This document shows positions 30,077 to 42,851 of a stretch of 64,000 nt of DNA, one piece after another; position 1 is the stretch's first letter; each line of letters begins with the position of its first letter. The stretch lies in assembly GCF_009914755.1 (NCBI RefSeq), contig NC_060932.1. The stretch is one strand, 5' to 3'. The translations under genes were made by a program, and so were the position numbers. This stretch comes from the human T2T-CHM13v2.0 reference genome, Homo sapiens. Below the pieces are notes generated by a model. The model saw nothing but the letters and a program-made list of their open reading frames with translations, was not told the DNA's origin and made no database searches.

Positions 30077-30220
30077 CATGTGTCTTTGTAGAGCTGATTC
30101 TGCAGGCCCCAAGACAAGTCCCTTTCTCATATTATTGAGGTTCTCCTTTGATTGACAAGTATTGATCAGCAACTCTTTTGGCAACCTTGAAAAATAGTTG
30201 TCTTCTTGAAATAGGGTTTT
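30077..30220 (-). pseudogene. Candidate exon (144 nt, phase 0-0, open): RGS-domain C-half
   Basis: taagtag|...CACATG|gtataa; KTLFQEDNYFSRLPKELLINTCQSKENLNNMRKGLVLGPAESALQRHM; acceptor weak. Confidence 0.45.
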
Positions 30221-30954
30221 CTACTTATAGGAATATGACCAGACTCACTTAAATTAATCCATAAAGATGGAAATATAGAGAGAAATAATATACCTGACTG
30301 ATTACTGACTATGAGTTAGGCATACTCAGTCCTCATTCACACCTTATGAGATGAGATATTTGTATTCTGATTTTATAACAAGAAAACCAGAGTTTCAGAA
30401 TCCAGGTTCATGATGTTTGGTAAATAGTGAGCATTCACAAAGTGTTAAGTGCCTTTATTTGTTTCACCACCTCTTCCAGGTCCAACATTTTATTATCATA
30501 CTTGAAAAGTTAATACAAACATACCAAGTTACCCAAAATTGAGTGTAGATTTCTTGATAATTAGAGTAATTGTTAAAGTTAAAGCATTATCTACCTGAGA
30601 TAAATATACTTGAAATATATATAAAATGAGAAAAAATATATTTTAAAATGCATTGGGTTTAAGAAGCCATATGAGATAAAACAATTGGCTATTTTCCCAT
30701 TAAATATCCAAAGTAGCCTGGAAATTTTCTATTTTGTGAGATTATGATTATTATAATTTTATAGCTGGAATCATGCTAAAACACATGGGACAATGGAAAA
30801 AATGTTTTATGAGGCAAAATGAGCTCACTTTAAGCAGATGATTCAGATTTTATATAATGATAAAAATTTATTTCAAAGCCCACATTACATGAGTATAAGA
30901 AATTTCAGCTGCTGACACTGTAAAGATTGTTTTCATTTTACTTTTAAAACAGAC

Positions 30955-31077
30955 CAAAATTCTGTAGGCTTCCACAGATCTAGTGAATAGTAACAAATCC
31001 AGAAATTGCTGTTCTGTTGCAGTGGCAATTTCCTTTTCAAATTGCCTAATAATAGGTGTTGGATTTTTCTCCATCTC
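30955..31077 (-). pseudogene. Candidate exon (123 nt, phase 0-0, open): RGS-domain N-half
   Basis: tttttaaacggtacag|...ATTTTG|gtctgt; EMEKNPTPIIRQFEKEIATATEQQFLDLLLFTRSVEAYRIL fits RGS 'P....QF...+......LLF...VE.Y+.+'. Confidence 0.55.
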
Positions 31078-31768
31078 CTGTACCGTTTAAAAACCATCCG
31101 GAACTGTGTCTGGTATGTAGTAGTTGCTTGTTTAGTATTTGTCCATTTATCAAATTAGTTTTCTTTTACTAAAAAACAAAGGAATGTGCTTTCAAGGTAA
31201 AAATTTCCACAACTCAATAGAATTGCAGTTAAAAGAAAGCTTCTCTTCCTTCCCAGAATCCAAGTCTTACTCTCAACCGAAACTGGTTATGGTTTTTTAG
31301 AATATTTCTTGTTGGGGCTGACAGAAAGCACTCATGTGCATACCTTTCTCCTCAAACAGTGCATTAGTAAAGGGGCTTTCTAGATATACGTTACCAAGTT
31401 CAAAGAGAATAGGAAAGCATCCATCTGCAGATGAATACCTTCAGTAGATTTCTACAAGATAAAACTTTGGTGGAAGAAAGTCGAGTGAAAAAACAAATCA
31501 GAGAAAGAACACTCTAATAGAAGTGCAAAGAGGCCACTTGAGGAAGTCTTCTCTAAAACTGGGGGGATAAATCAAGAAAGAAGATGGGAGATCCAGGAAA
31601 CTGTGGACCTAGCTCTAGATGAGATGTTGCAACAGGGCTACAGAGCTGTCAGTCCTGATTGGAGTAGATTCCACCAAGTCAATCAGTGGGCTGGAGGAGG
31701 GAGGATTTCAGGAGATAGTTCACCGTTTGATATAGATTGCTGTCCTTTTACTTTGTTAAGTACACCTA

Positions 31769-32282
31769 TGAGAAACAAAAATGAAATCCTAAGCCTGCCA
31801 ACTGACTGAATGGATTCTGTCTTGGTCAAGGGGATCTCAGGGAAAGCTTGGAAGTTGAGTTCCCAGCAATAACAGGATGGGAGGTTGGACACCATCTCCC
31901 ATGTGCAATGAAAGTTTTCATGTCCCTTGCTTCACCTTTTGACACCACAGGGCTGAAAACTGTATCCTCGAATTATGCTAACCCATTTTTGGAACATGGG
32001 TCCCATAGAGAGACATGAAACTCAACTGCACATGCCCACATTTCTCTACTTATAAATATTCATGACTCTTCCTATAGTTTATTGAATATGTGTATTTGGC
32101 CAGTCTATTCAACATAAATCCCTGTCATATTCTTCTGACCCTCAAAAAGTGTGTTTCTGGCTTCTGGATGGAGGTTACACTTCCTGGCCTCTCAGAATGG
32201 CTACGCTGCAGGCTGCAACCTTTATGAAAAGTAAAGCTCTCCTTTCCAAATTTATGAAATTTATCATTCTTCAGTTGATACA
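31769..32282 (+). mobile_element. ERV1 solo LTR (MER39/MER34-like)
   Basis: aaatcctaagcctgccaactgactgaatgga...gagttcccagc...aaagctctcctttccaaatttatgaa...cttcagttgataca. Confidence 0.75.
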
Positions 32283-32984
32283 TCTTTTTAAATTTATGAA
32301 TTGTATCTCCCTCTTAAAATTAGAAAGGTGTATGCATAGGAAATTGTGGATAAACTCTGTAGTTTTAGAAACAGCAGTAAGTGTGCTGAGGAACAACTGA
32401 GTCATCAGTACTAGTGATCCCATAGAACACGGTTCCAACAGTTTGTGTAAGATGATGGATAGACAGATAGCCTGAGTGGAAAACTGACAATCCAGAGCTG
32501 ATGGTCTCTCTGCTTGGAGATGAAGCCTCTTCGTATATGAGCTTACACTTATAAAAAGATATAAATAAGGAAAAGTGAAGTAAAAGAAAAACCCATGTTG
32601 ATACTCTGTGGCTAGAATTTGTCATATATGGTGTTGAGAGAAGAGGGGACGTATTGAAAGAGGAATTGGGGTAGGGAAAAAGGAGGGAACTACATCTCAG
32701 TCTCATATTAAGCCAAATTCTCCTTTTGCCTTTTGTCTCAGTTTGCGGCTGGATATGGCTGCCGTGAAAACACAAGGGCTCTCTAATAGAAAACAAAACA
32801 AAACAAAACAAAAAACTGAAAGGAGCATTGCTAAGTTGACTCTGACTTGTTTCCAGGGAAGACAGCTTACTACAAGTGGGATAGATTTTTCTTCAGTGCT
32901 AGTGGTTTCAGGCTGTATAGGCATAATGTTTAATGGCATATTTCCAGGTTACTGACCAAGGAGCTAGTTAGACTAAAACAGCAT

Positions 32985-33405
32985 TGTTGCAGAGTGGATT
33001 CTCCAGGAAACAGACACTGAGATGGAAATAAGATTGTAGAATGTTTATTAGAAACTGTGTAGAGATCAACACCTTTTAAAAAGGGGTGTGGGGAAGCAGC
33101 ATCAGGCAGAGAGAGAAGTGGAACTGTGATGTGGCATCAACACCTTAAGCTGTTGATCAACAGCTTAAGCTGACCCAGAGGAAGTTCTGGAGTTGATAGG
33201 GTCTGGCTGCGGTGTTCCCCATTAGGCCAAATGTGAGAGAGCCATTGTACCCCTCCCTGGATCAGACATCAGATGAGGGCCACCCCTGAAGAGTGAGCCT
33301 TTGGTCAATGGAAGGCAATCAGAAAAGGCTGTTTGATAAAGAAAGGTAGCTTGTTGCAGCACTAAAAGCTGCTGAGGCCCGCTCTTCCTTAAAGGGGACC
33401 TAAGC
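32985..33405. mobile_element. Old ERVL/MaLR-type LTR relic
   Basis: ggattctccaggaaacagacactgagatgga...ggaagcagcatcaggcagagagagaagtggaactgtgatg. Confidence 0.55.
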
Positions 33406-34734
33406 AGTTTAATAATAAGCTTAAGATATCAGAAGAACTTGACAAAGATGCAGCAAATACAAGAAAATAAAAGAAAGGCTATAAAATATGTGATAGTGGA
33501 CTAGGAGTAGGTGGAGGCTCAGGGCAAACTGCTAGAAAGGAAATATGATCATGTGGCTTTACCTAGTCACAATAATATAAATATCATGTATTGCTTTTGC
33601 CATTTATATTCAACCTGTTGAAATTTGGAAGATTTGTGACTACAAGGCTATAAATGAATGCATATGATCCCCATATTAATCAAAATTTAAAATTATAGAT
33701 AACCGATATTTTGAAGTTGAAGATGAAAAGGAGTGAAAAAGAGTAGGATTACTAATATCATTAAAAGATAAAGTTAGAAATCAGTAAATACTGTCTATAT
33801 GAATAGGACAAGAAATAGAGGTTTAAGTATATTATTCTGATTTACAATGATTACCAATAGGGAGAGAATAATAGAATAACACTTTGAAGAATAGTAGAAG
33901 TATCTATTCCACGAATATTTGGTAGGTGGTTACATTTGAAGTGATATAGGCATGGCACTTTACAATTTTCTCAATTTATTCTACTACAGTTGGCCTGTTT
34001 GGATATAATAACCCTATTGAAGAAAAGATATTTGTTCTAAATTTTCAAATTTATGTACATAAAGTTGAGAATTGAGAGTTATTTGAATTTTCTCAATAAT
34101 GATATATCTCATTTATATTACTTTTTTATTTCTCTTTTTGTGTCCTAATTAGTTTATTAAGTAGTTTATGTTATCAGTTCTTTCACATAACCATATGCTT
34201 GAATTGTATTAGCTTTACTCTATTTGTACCTTCTAAATGTTGTTAATTTCTGCTTTAATCTTGGTTAACTTTTCCCCCTCTGTCTCATTAGAGGTATTTA
34301 TTTTGCTTTTTAAATTTAATAATTCATTTAATTTATATTTTCCTATTTCAGTGTGTAGCATTTAAGACAATAAACTTTCTTACAGTGAATCATTTCATAG
34401 AGTTTATATTTTATTTCCATATTTCATAGATTGTGGTTTTTCATGTTTTTTAACTATTATATTTAGATATTCTTCAATTTTTTTTGCTTTTCCCCAGTTT
34501 TAAGGTTTTCAACTTAAAGATACCTTTTGAGGAGGATTCTATTTTTAAAATTTAACTTCCACTTTGATATTGTTATCAAAAAGCAAGTTATATATTATGT
34601 GTAAATGTAGAATTCACTGAAGTTATATTGAGACTATTGAGACTTCATATAGAACAAATTTTGAATATATTCCCAAGAGAATTTGAAAAGAAAGTTTGGA
34701 TTCTATTTTCAGGATGTAGAATTTAGTATCTTAA

Positions 34735-35080
<346 letters not shown>

Positions 35081-35466
35081 CACATTATTATTAATATATA
35101 GAGGGACCATAAATTATTATTATTTTTGCCCTGTGATATACCATAGAATACAGTAAGATATATGAGTCAAAGTCACCCACTCCTCTGATAAATCAATTTC
35201 ATTCTGCTATTTCATTCTCTTCCAATTTTGCTGTATAAATTTTCAATAACAAATCTTTATTGTTGATTATACAGTATGTATACTACTATCTTAATGACTA
35301 GGCTTTCAAATCAAATGTGCTTTTTATTATTGTAACAATATCTCCATTCTTTTTGATTGAATTTAATCAATGTTTACTTTCTAGATTCTCTGAATTATTT
35401 TGATATAGGCATGGCTTTAATTTATGGCAATAGTTTTTTGACATAGTTTTTTTTTTTCGTGCTACA

Positions 35467-35602
35467 TTTTATTTTATTTATTTTATTTATTTTTTTTATT
35501 ATACTTTAAGTTTTAGGGTACATGTGCACATTGTGCAGGTTAGTTACATGTGTATACATGTGCCATGCTGGTGCGCTGCACCTACTAACTCGTCATCTAG
35601 CA
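35467..35602 (-). mobile_element. Very short 5'-truncated young L1 (L1PA2/3-like), ~105 nt plus tail
   Basis: ttattatactttaagttttagggtacatgtgcacattgtgcaggttagttac...actaactcgtcatctagca. Confidence 0.93.
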
Positions 35603-36184
35603 GTTTTCTTTCATTACATATATTTTTTGATAAGGAAGCTCCACCTAAGTGTATGGTTATTTATTTCTTCTTCTTGCCTCTTTTCTTCCCAGATAAAGTG
35701 GCCTGGCAGTGTAGAAGGAATTATGCAAAACCCCTTTTCACATTTCTTTGAGCTGGAGCCAGCTCTGCTTAGTCATAGTCACATTTTTGTTACTGTTTTT
35801 TTTTTTTTCCTTGTGGTCCCATACTTCTTATAGTTGTCCAGATTTAAGGTAGCTTTTCTCATAATCTTTAAAGACCTCCAAATTTAGTTCTCACAGAAAA
35901 ATAAAGTCAATACATAAAAAAGTTTGAAAGCTATTCAACGTGTGACCTCTTTTCTAGCTCCCTTAATATTCATTCAATTTCTTTGCCTCTTAAATATGCT
36001 CATGTCTCAATCTTTAAAGTATTTCAGTGGACTCTTACGGCTCTCAGGATAATGCTGAAACTCTTTCACCTGGCTTATCATGGGCTTCATGGAAGGAATG
36101 TGCTTTCATTTCCTACCTTGCTTCTGAAAACTTCCCTTCTTGCACTCTACCACACATTCACACTAATATATGCTTTAGGTCCTT

Positions 36185-36545
36185 GATCAGTTTATAGATC
36201 TTATTTGGATCTGTATTTGAACAACATATAAAGAAAAATATTTTGAGAATAATCAAGGTAATTTAATAATGATTTTATGAAATTAAGACATCATTTTAAT
36301 GTTTTTAGATGTGATATAATATTTTGATTTTGTTTAAACAAAGAAATCTTATTCTTTACATACACATGATGAGAGGCTTATGATAATGTCTGAGATTTGG
36401 TTCAAAATAATCCGAGGTTGGAAAGTAGGTGAAACAAGGCTGTCTGAGCTTATAATTGTTTAAACTGGATGTTGAACACGTGGTAATCATTATACCAATC
36501 TCTTGACTTTTGTATATATTTGAAACTTTTCAAAATTAAAAAATA
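36185..36545 (+). mobile_element. Old L1M 3' end
   Basis: gatcttatttggatc...gggaaagtagg-like block...tgtatatatttgaaacttttcaaaattaaaaaa. Confidence 0.6.
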
Positions 36546-36662
36546 ACCTTTTTGGATCAAATTATGGAAATGTATTTTAATATAGTTTTAGATCATATAT
36601 AGGCATCCACAATTAATCTATTACTACATATTTATATAAAATAGTATAAAAATGCATATATA

Positions 36663-39614
36663 ATTTTTATTTATTTACTTTTTGGATTTTGAACTTTTAA
36701 GTTCAGGGATACATGTGCAGGATATGCAGGTTTGTTACATAGTTAAACGTGTGCCATGGTGATTAGCTGCACAGATCATCCCATCACCTACAGATTAAGC
36801 ACAGCATCCACTAGCTATTCTTATTAATGCTCTCCCTCCTCCCACCCCTCAACAGGCTCAAGTGTGGGTTACTCTCCTCCCTGAGTCCATGTGTTTTCAT
36901 TGTACAGCTCCCACTAATAAGTGAGAATATGTGGTGTTTGGTTTTCTGTTCCTGTGTTAGTTTGCCAAGGATAATGGATTCCAGCTCCATCCATGTCCCT
37001 GCAAAGGACATGAGCTTGTTCTTTTTTATGGCTGCATACTATTCCATGGTATATATGTACTATATTTTCTTTATCCAGTCTATAATCGGTGGGCATTTTG
37101 GTTGATTCCATGACTTTACTATTGTGAAAAGTGCTGCAGTGAACATACGTGTGCATGTATCTTTATAATAGAATGATGTATATTCCTTTATGTATATACC
37201 CAGTAATGAGATTGCTGGAGGGAATGCTGCCTCTAGGTCTTTGAGGAATTGCCACACTGTCTTCCACAATGGTTGAACTAATTTACACTCCCACCAACAA
37301 AAGTGTTCCTTTTTCTCCACAACCTCACCAGCATCTGTTGCTTTTTGGCTTTTTAATAATAGCCATTCTGACTGGTGTGTGATGGTATTTCACTGTGGCT
37401 TTATTTGCATTTCTGTAATCATCAGTGACATTGAGCTTTTTTTCATGTTTGTTGGCTGCATGCATGTCTTCTTTTGAGAAGTGTCTGTTCATGTCCTTTG
37501 CCCACTTTTTAATGGGGTTGTTTTTTTAATTGTAAAATTGTTTATGTTCCTTGTAGACACTGGATATTAGACCTTTGTCTGATGGGTAGATTGCAAAAAT
37601 GGTCTCCCATTCTCTAGGCTGTCCATTCACTCTGATGATAGTTTCCTTTGCTGTGCAGAGCTCTTTAGTTTAATTAGCTCCCATTTTTCAATTTTTGCTT
37701 TTGTTGCAATTGCTTTTGGCATCTTCATCATGAAATCTTTGCTGTGCCTATGTCCTGAATGCTACTGCATAGGTTTTCTTCTGGGGATTTTATAGTTTGG
37801 GGTTTTACATTTAGGTCTTTCATCCATCCTGAATTGATTTTCGTGTATGGTGTAAGGAAGGGGTCCAGTTTCAATCTTCTGCATATGCCTAGTCAGTTAT
37901 CTTAGCACCATTTATTAAATAGAGAATCCTTTCCCCATTGCTTGTTTTGGTCAGGTTTGTCAAAGATCAGATGGTTGTAGGTGTGTGGACTTATTTCTGG
38001 GTTCTCTATTATGTTCCATTGGTCTTTGTGTCTTTGTACCAGCACCATGCTGCTTTGGTTACTCTAGCCCCATAGCATAGTTTGAAGTCAGGTAGCGTGA
38101 GTGTGATGCCTCTAGTTTTTTTTTTTTTTTTTTTTTTTTTTTCGCTTTGGATTGCCTTGACTATTCAGGTTCTTTTTTGGTTCCGTATGAATTTTAAAAT
38201 AGGTTTTTTCTAGTTCTGTGAAGAATATCAGTGGTAGTTTAGTGAGAATAGCATTGAATTTATAAATTCCCTTGGACAGTATGACTATTTTCATGATATT
38301 GATTCTTCCTATCCATGAGCATGGAATGTGTTTCCATTTGTTTGTGTGATCTCTGATGTCTTTTAGGTTTGTGGTTCTCCTTGTAGAGATATTTCACTTC
38401 CCTGCTTAGCTGTATTCCTAGGTATTTTATTATTTTTGTGGCAATTGTGAATGTGAGTTTATTCCTGATTAGGCTCTTGGCTTGACAGTTGTTGGTGTAT
38501 CTGGATGCTAGTGATTTTTGAATATTGATTTTGTATATGAGACTTTGCTGAAGTTGCTTATCAGCTTAAGAAGCTTTTAGGGTGAGATGATGGGGTTTTC
38601 TAGATATAGGATCGTGTCATCTACAAACAGGGATGGTTTGACTTCCTCTCTTTCTACTTGAATGCCTTTATTTCTTTCTCTCGCCTGATTCCCCTGGCCA
38701 GAACTTCCAATACTATGTTGAATAAAAGTGGTGAAAGAAGACATCCTTGTCTTTTGCCAGTTTTCAAGGGGAATGCTTCCAGCTTTTGCCTGTTGAGCAT
38801 GATATTGGTTGTGGGTTTGTCATATATGACTCTTATTATTTTGAGGTATGTTCCTTCAATACCTAGTTTACTAAGAGTTTTTAACATGAAGGGATGTTGA
38901 ATTTTATTGAAGGCTTTTTCTGCATCTATTGAGATAATCATGTTGTTTTTGTCTTTAGTCCTGTTTATGTGATGAGTCACTTTTATTTATTTGTGTATGT
39001 TGAACCAACCTTGCATGAAGTCTCTTTGATTGCGGTGGTTAAGCTTTTTGATGTGTGGCTGGATTTGGTTTGCCAGTATTTTGTTGAGGATTTTTGCATT
39101 GATCTTCATCAACAATATTGGCATGAAGTTTTCTTTTTTTGTTGTATCTCTACCAGGCTTTTTTTAATCAGGATGATTCTGGCCTCATAGAATGAGTTAG
39201 GGAAGAGTCCCTCCTTTTCAATTTTTTGGAATAATTTCAGTAGGAATTGTACCAGCTCTTCTTTGTAACTCTAGTAGTATTTGTCTGGTCCTGTGCTGTT
39301 TTTTTATTTATAGCTGCTTATTACTGCACAATTTCAGAACTCATTATTGGTCTAGTCAGGGATTCAATTTCTTCCTGCTTCAGTCTTGGGAGGGTGTATG
39401 TGTCCAGGAATTTATCCATTTCTTCTAGATTTTCTAGTTTATGTGCATAGAGGTGTTTATAGTATTCTCTAATGGTTGTTTGTATTTCTGTGGCATTAGT
39501 CGTGATATCCCCTTATCATTTCTGATTGTGTTTATTTGAATCTTCTCTTTTTTCTTCTTTATTAGCTAGCTAGAAGTCTATTTTATTAATTTTTTTCAAA
39601 ATCCAACTCCTGGA
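36663..39614 (-). mobile_element. 5'-truncated L1 (about L1PA10-12), 3' part of U6/L1 chimera
   Basis: ORF2p fragments (38654-38980, 37060-37320) and 3'UTR gcacagatcatcccatcacc. Confidence 0.95.
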
Positions 39615-39720
39615 GAAATACGGAACACTTCACAAATTTGCATGTAATCCTTGTGCAGGGGCCATGCTACTCTTCTCTGTATCACTTCAGTTTTAGTATA
39701 TGTGCTGCTAAAGCAAGCAC
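39615..39720 (-). pseudogene. RNU6 (pseudogene): Full-length U6 snRNA retrocopy fused to L1
   Basis: GTGCTTGCTTTAGCAGCACATATACTAAAACTGAAGTGATACAGAGAAGAGTAGCATGGCCCCTGCACAAGGATTACATGCAAATTTGTGAAGTGTTCCGTATTT; ACAGAGA box retained. Confidence 0.97.
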
Positions 39721-39721
39721 A

Positions 39722-40142
39722 AACACAAGTCTTGACTAAGCCATCTAAACTATTTTTCATCTCTCTTATATCATAATATAAAAGATCATAGTAAAAAAAA
39801 TCTGTCAACAAAGAATAAAAGACAATACTAGACCACGTGTTTATTTTATCTTGTATTTTCTGGATATAGATTGGTCTTATCACATAGAGAACTAACAGTT
39901 CCCCTAATGGTTCGGGTATTGATATGCTTTTAGATCTGTATATGTTTTGTCAGTAAAACAAAGATAACAGCTCTTTGATTCTGCCAACCAAGGTTGGCTC
40001 TATTCTTGCATGAAGAGTCAGCTTTAAGTATATTTCTAACCACCATAACATATTTTTCATTGCTCTGAAATACTAGCCTATTTTGCTCGTTATTGGCTTC
40101 ATGACCTGAGTCTTTTACTTCTGAGACCATAGTGAAGATGCT
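39722..40142 (-). pseudogene. Candidate decayed exon encoding a near-complete RGS-like domain
   Basis: ccctttttcaatag| at 40142; ASSLWSQK*KTQVMKPITSKIG*YFRAMKNMLWWLEIYLKLTLHARIEPTLVGRIKELLSLFY*QNIYRSKSISIPEPLGELLVLYVIRPIYIQKIQDKINTWSSIVFYSLLTDFFYYD...; 117 codons (40072-39722) with one internal stop. Confidence 0.6.
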
Positions 40143-40374
40143 CTATTGAAAAAGGGCCTTCATATTTATTCATGTGAACAAAATATACATACGAAAATGA
40201 GTACGCATGTGCACACACATGTATACAGGCACACACACAAAGATAAATATTTAACAGTGAACCAGGCTCTGCACTAGAATCTGCAGGTATAACAAAGAAC
40301 TCTGTACTTATGGGAGGTTAAAGTTTGAGAGACATGTGGAATGGAAAGGCATTGAAAATGATACAGAGCAATTT

Positions 40375-40530
40375 ATCCTGGCCCCGCATTTGTGCCAACT
40401 GAGGAGTTACAAAAAATACTGTTTCTGGGTTCCACTCAAAATCAAATAAATCAAAATGTCTGGTTATGGGACCAACCGTATGTATTTTAAAAATTTTCCC
40501 AGGAGGCACTAATGTGTAACAAATACTGAA
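40375..40530. mobile_element. MER5A-like hAT DNA transposon
   Basis: tttctgggttccactc...aatcaaaatgtctgg...tgtattttaaaaattttcccagg...ctaatgtg. Confidence 0.6.
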
Positions 40531-41923
40531 AATACTCATAAAGAGCACCTTTATCTGAGATCAAATGAAATCGTTTCTGTGCCACCTTTCTTCCACTGCA
40601 GTCCTCTTGCTTCATACTCCCAGATTTAGCAAGAAGAAAATGAATTATAACATTGGGATAAAGGGCCAGTTGATGGTGCTTGGAGTTTATTCATGTATTT
40701 ATTCTGCAAACATTCAGTGAGCACCTATTATGAGCTGTGTGCTGGGCACTCTGGTGGTAGTTGCTAATACAAAATTAACAAGACATTGTTTCTGCTATAT
40801 CAATTAGGAAAGACAAGTAAGTAATCTGTGATTACATTCCTGAATGAGAAGTGCAACATTGTGAGGGTAAATTTAAGTTAAGTAAAAGTGTGAAACCTGG
40901 ACATGGGTTTTTAAAACAAAAGGAAGAAGTTCCTTTTTCTCTTTTCTGTTTTGCCATTTAATTCATTTGCAGAAGAAAACAGGTAATTTGACCATGGATT
41001 TTTTGCTTATTTTGACCTTCTGTTTATTTTTACTTTTTTTTTCTCCTTGCCTCTTGTATTTCCTGTAAACTGTTAGCTAAATCTAGAGACTTGTTCATAT
41101 TCAGGTTCGAGTATGGGCTGGAATACTTCATCAGTAATGTTGAGTACTTCCATCAAGAGACCCATGCTACCTGTTTTAAGTGTCTTTTTGGATTTTATGG
41201 ACCATTATTTTCATTCCCTAAATCCAGTATTTTGTCAAGAACTTTAAGTGGTTATTTTCTTTTACTCCTTCTTAGTATATTTGCCATAATTTTCTATGAA
41301 GAGAAACTTTCTCTGATTGACTAGTTATGCTGCAGTACAGTGGGTATAGGAAAATCAAGATAAAGGCTTGCTTCTTTATCAGTTTTCAAAATGATGAGTT
41401 GGTACTTGAATATCAGTTAAAGTAGACTGCTGAAGGATTTTTCCTGTTATCATTATGAACTAATGTTTTTAAAAATTAATCTCCTCAGTCCATTACATTT
41501 TTTTTCCCTGAATAATCCCAACTTTGGTCAATGACAGCCACTTCAGATTGGCTCCAGAGAACTTTAGACTTGACCCCGGTCATCATTGATAACTTCCTTG
41601 TTTCTGGTATGATAAAATGTAACCAACATATCTTATACCATTCCTGATCTACACTGAGAACCAGTCAGCCCAACAAGTAACTTAGTGGGTGTTGGTGTTT
41701 AGGGACTCAATCTGAAAACTTACCTGGAGTTATATAACCTAGGGAGGATGGCAGTGCTTTTCTGAGAATGAGCAAGAAAATGGGCATTCCACATAGGCTG
41801 AGGAGTGCATGGTGGTGTGCAGGAAAATCATGCCATAGAGACAACAGCCTTTTAAAATTCTTTTTCCTTACTATTTTTAATCCTCTAAGGCATATGTTTG
41901 CAGGCTCTTTCTCCATGGCTTAC

Positions 41924-42057
41924 CTCCTTTGATGATGAAAAGGTGTGTGATAATAGCAGGCAATCGTTTTATAAATTACCACTTCATTTCATGGGGTTCT
42001 GTGTCTGTCAAGGTATATGACAATCAGGAAATGCTTACTGAATAGTCACTATGCTAG
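41924..42057 (-). pseudogene. Candidate decayed exon with KW...RLPA motif
   Basis: Strong donor GAG|gtaagc at 41924; HEMKW*FIKRLPA, 1-nt frameshift, YYHTPFHHQRR, splicing in phase 2 to 40142. Confidence 0.5.
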
Positions 42058-42804
42058 CTTTAAGGGATTCAAACAGGATTAAAACCTTATTTCACGTTGT
42101 CCTTCAGGTTATTTCAATAGAGTGATGAATGCTATTGTTGGAGCCCAGAACAAGAAAGTAATAAATTCTGCCTGAGTGAAAAAGAGAAGCAGTCATGCAG
42201 TGAGTTTTCATAAAGGTCTTAAAGGAATAAAACTTTGGTGTGTGTGTACGTATGTAACAGGGGATAGGGAGTTGGGGCATTATTTAAAACAGAACAGCTG
42301 TAATAAAGACAAAGACACAGTGATTTAAAAGTGGAAAGGTAGTAGATCCAGGTGGTTAGAGTATAGAGTGCCTGGGTGGAAGTTCCAACATTATGCTGAG
42401 AAGACACTTTCAGTCAGTTTGTTGGTGTAGCAAGGTCACTTATAAAGTTATTATCTAAACTTGAATAATCACAGTTGGCATTAAATAGAGAGGCATATAT
42501 TATGAGACACTGTACAAATAGAACAGTCATTCTGGTGAGTGGATGTGAGGAAAGATTTAAATATGACAACATAATTTTGTTATGATGACTGTTATTAGAG
42601 CTTGGATGATAATGGAGTGAGACCAAAGTAGGGTAGTTAGAGCTCAGAAATAGCCAGACAAGACAGAGAAGGATATTAAAGGATTTTTTTAAAAATCACA
42701 AAACATAAAGAAATCAAAAAGTAGACAATCAAGTATCCAAGAAATTTACTGGTAAATGTCAGATAATTGGCAGGAAAGCTATTGAGGTTAAATGTTCAAC
42801 AACA

Positions 42805-42851
42805 CATCCATCCATCCATCCATCCATCCATCCATCCATCCATCCATCCAT
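42805..42851. repeat. (CATC)n microsatellite
   Basis: Direct reading. Confidence 0.95.

Noticed and set aside
39615-39720. Functional U6 gene
   Set aside because: Many substitutions, fused to L1, no recognisable upstream PSE/TATA
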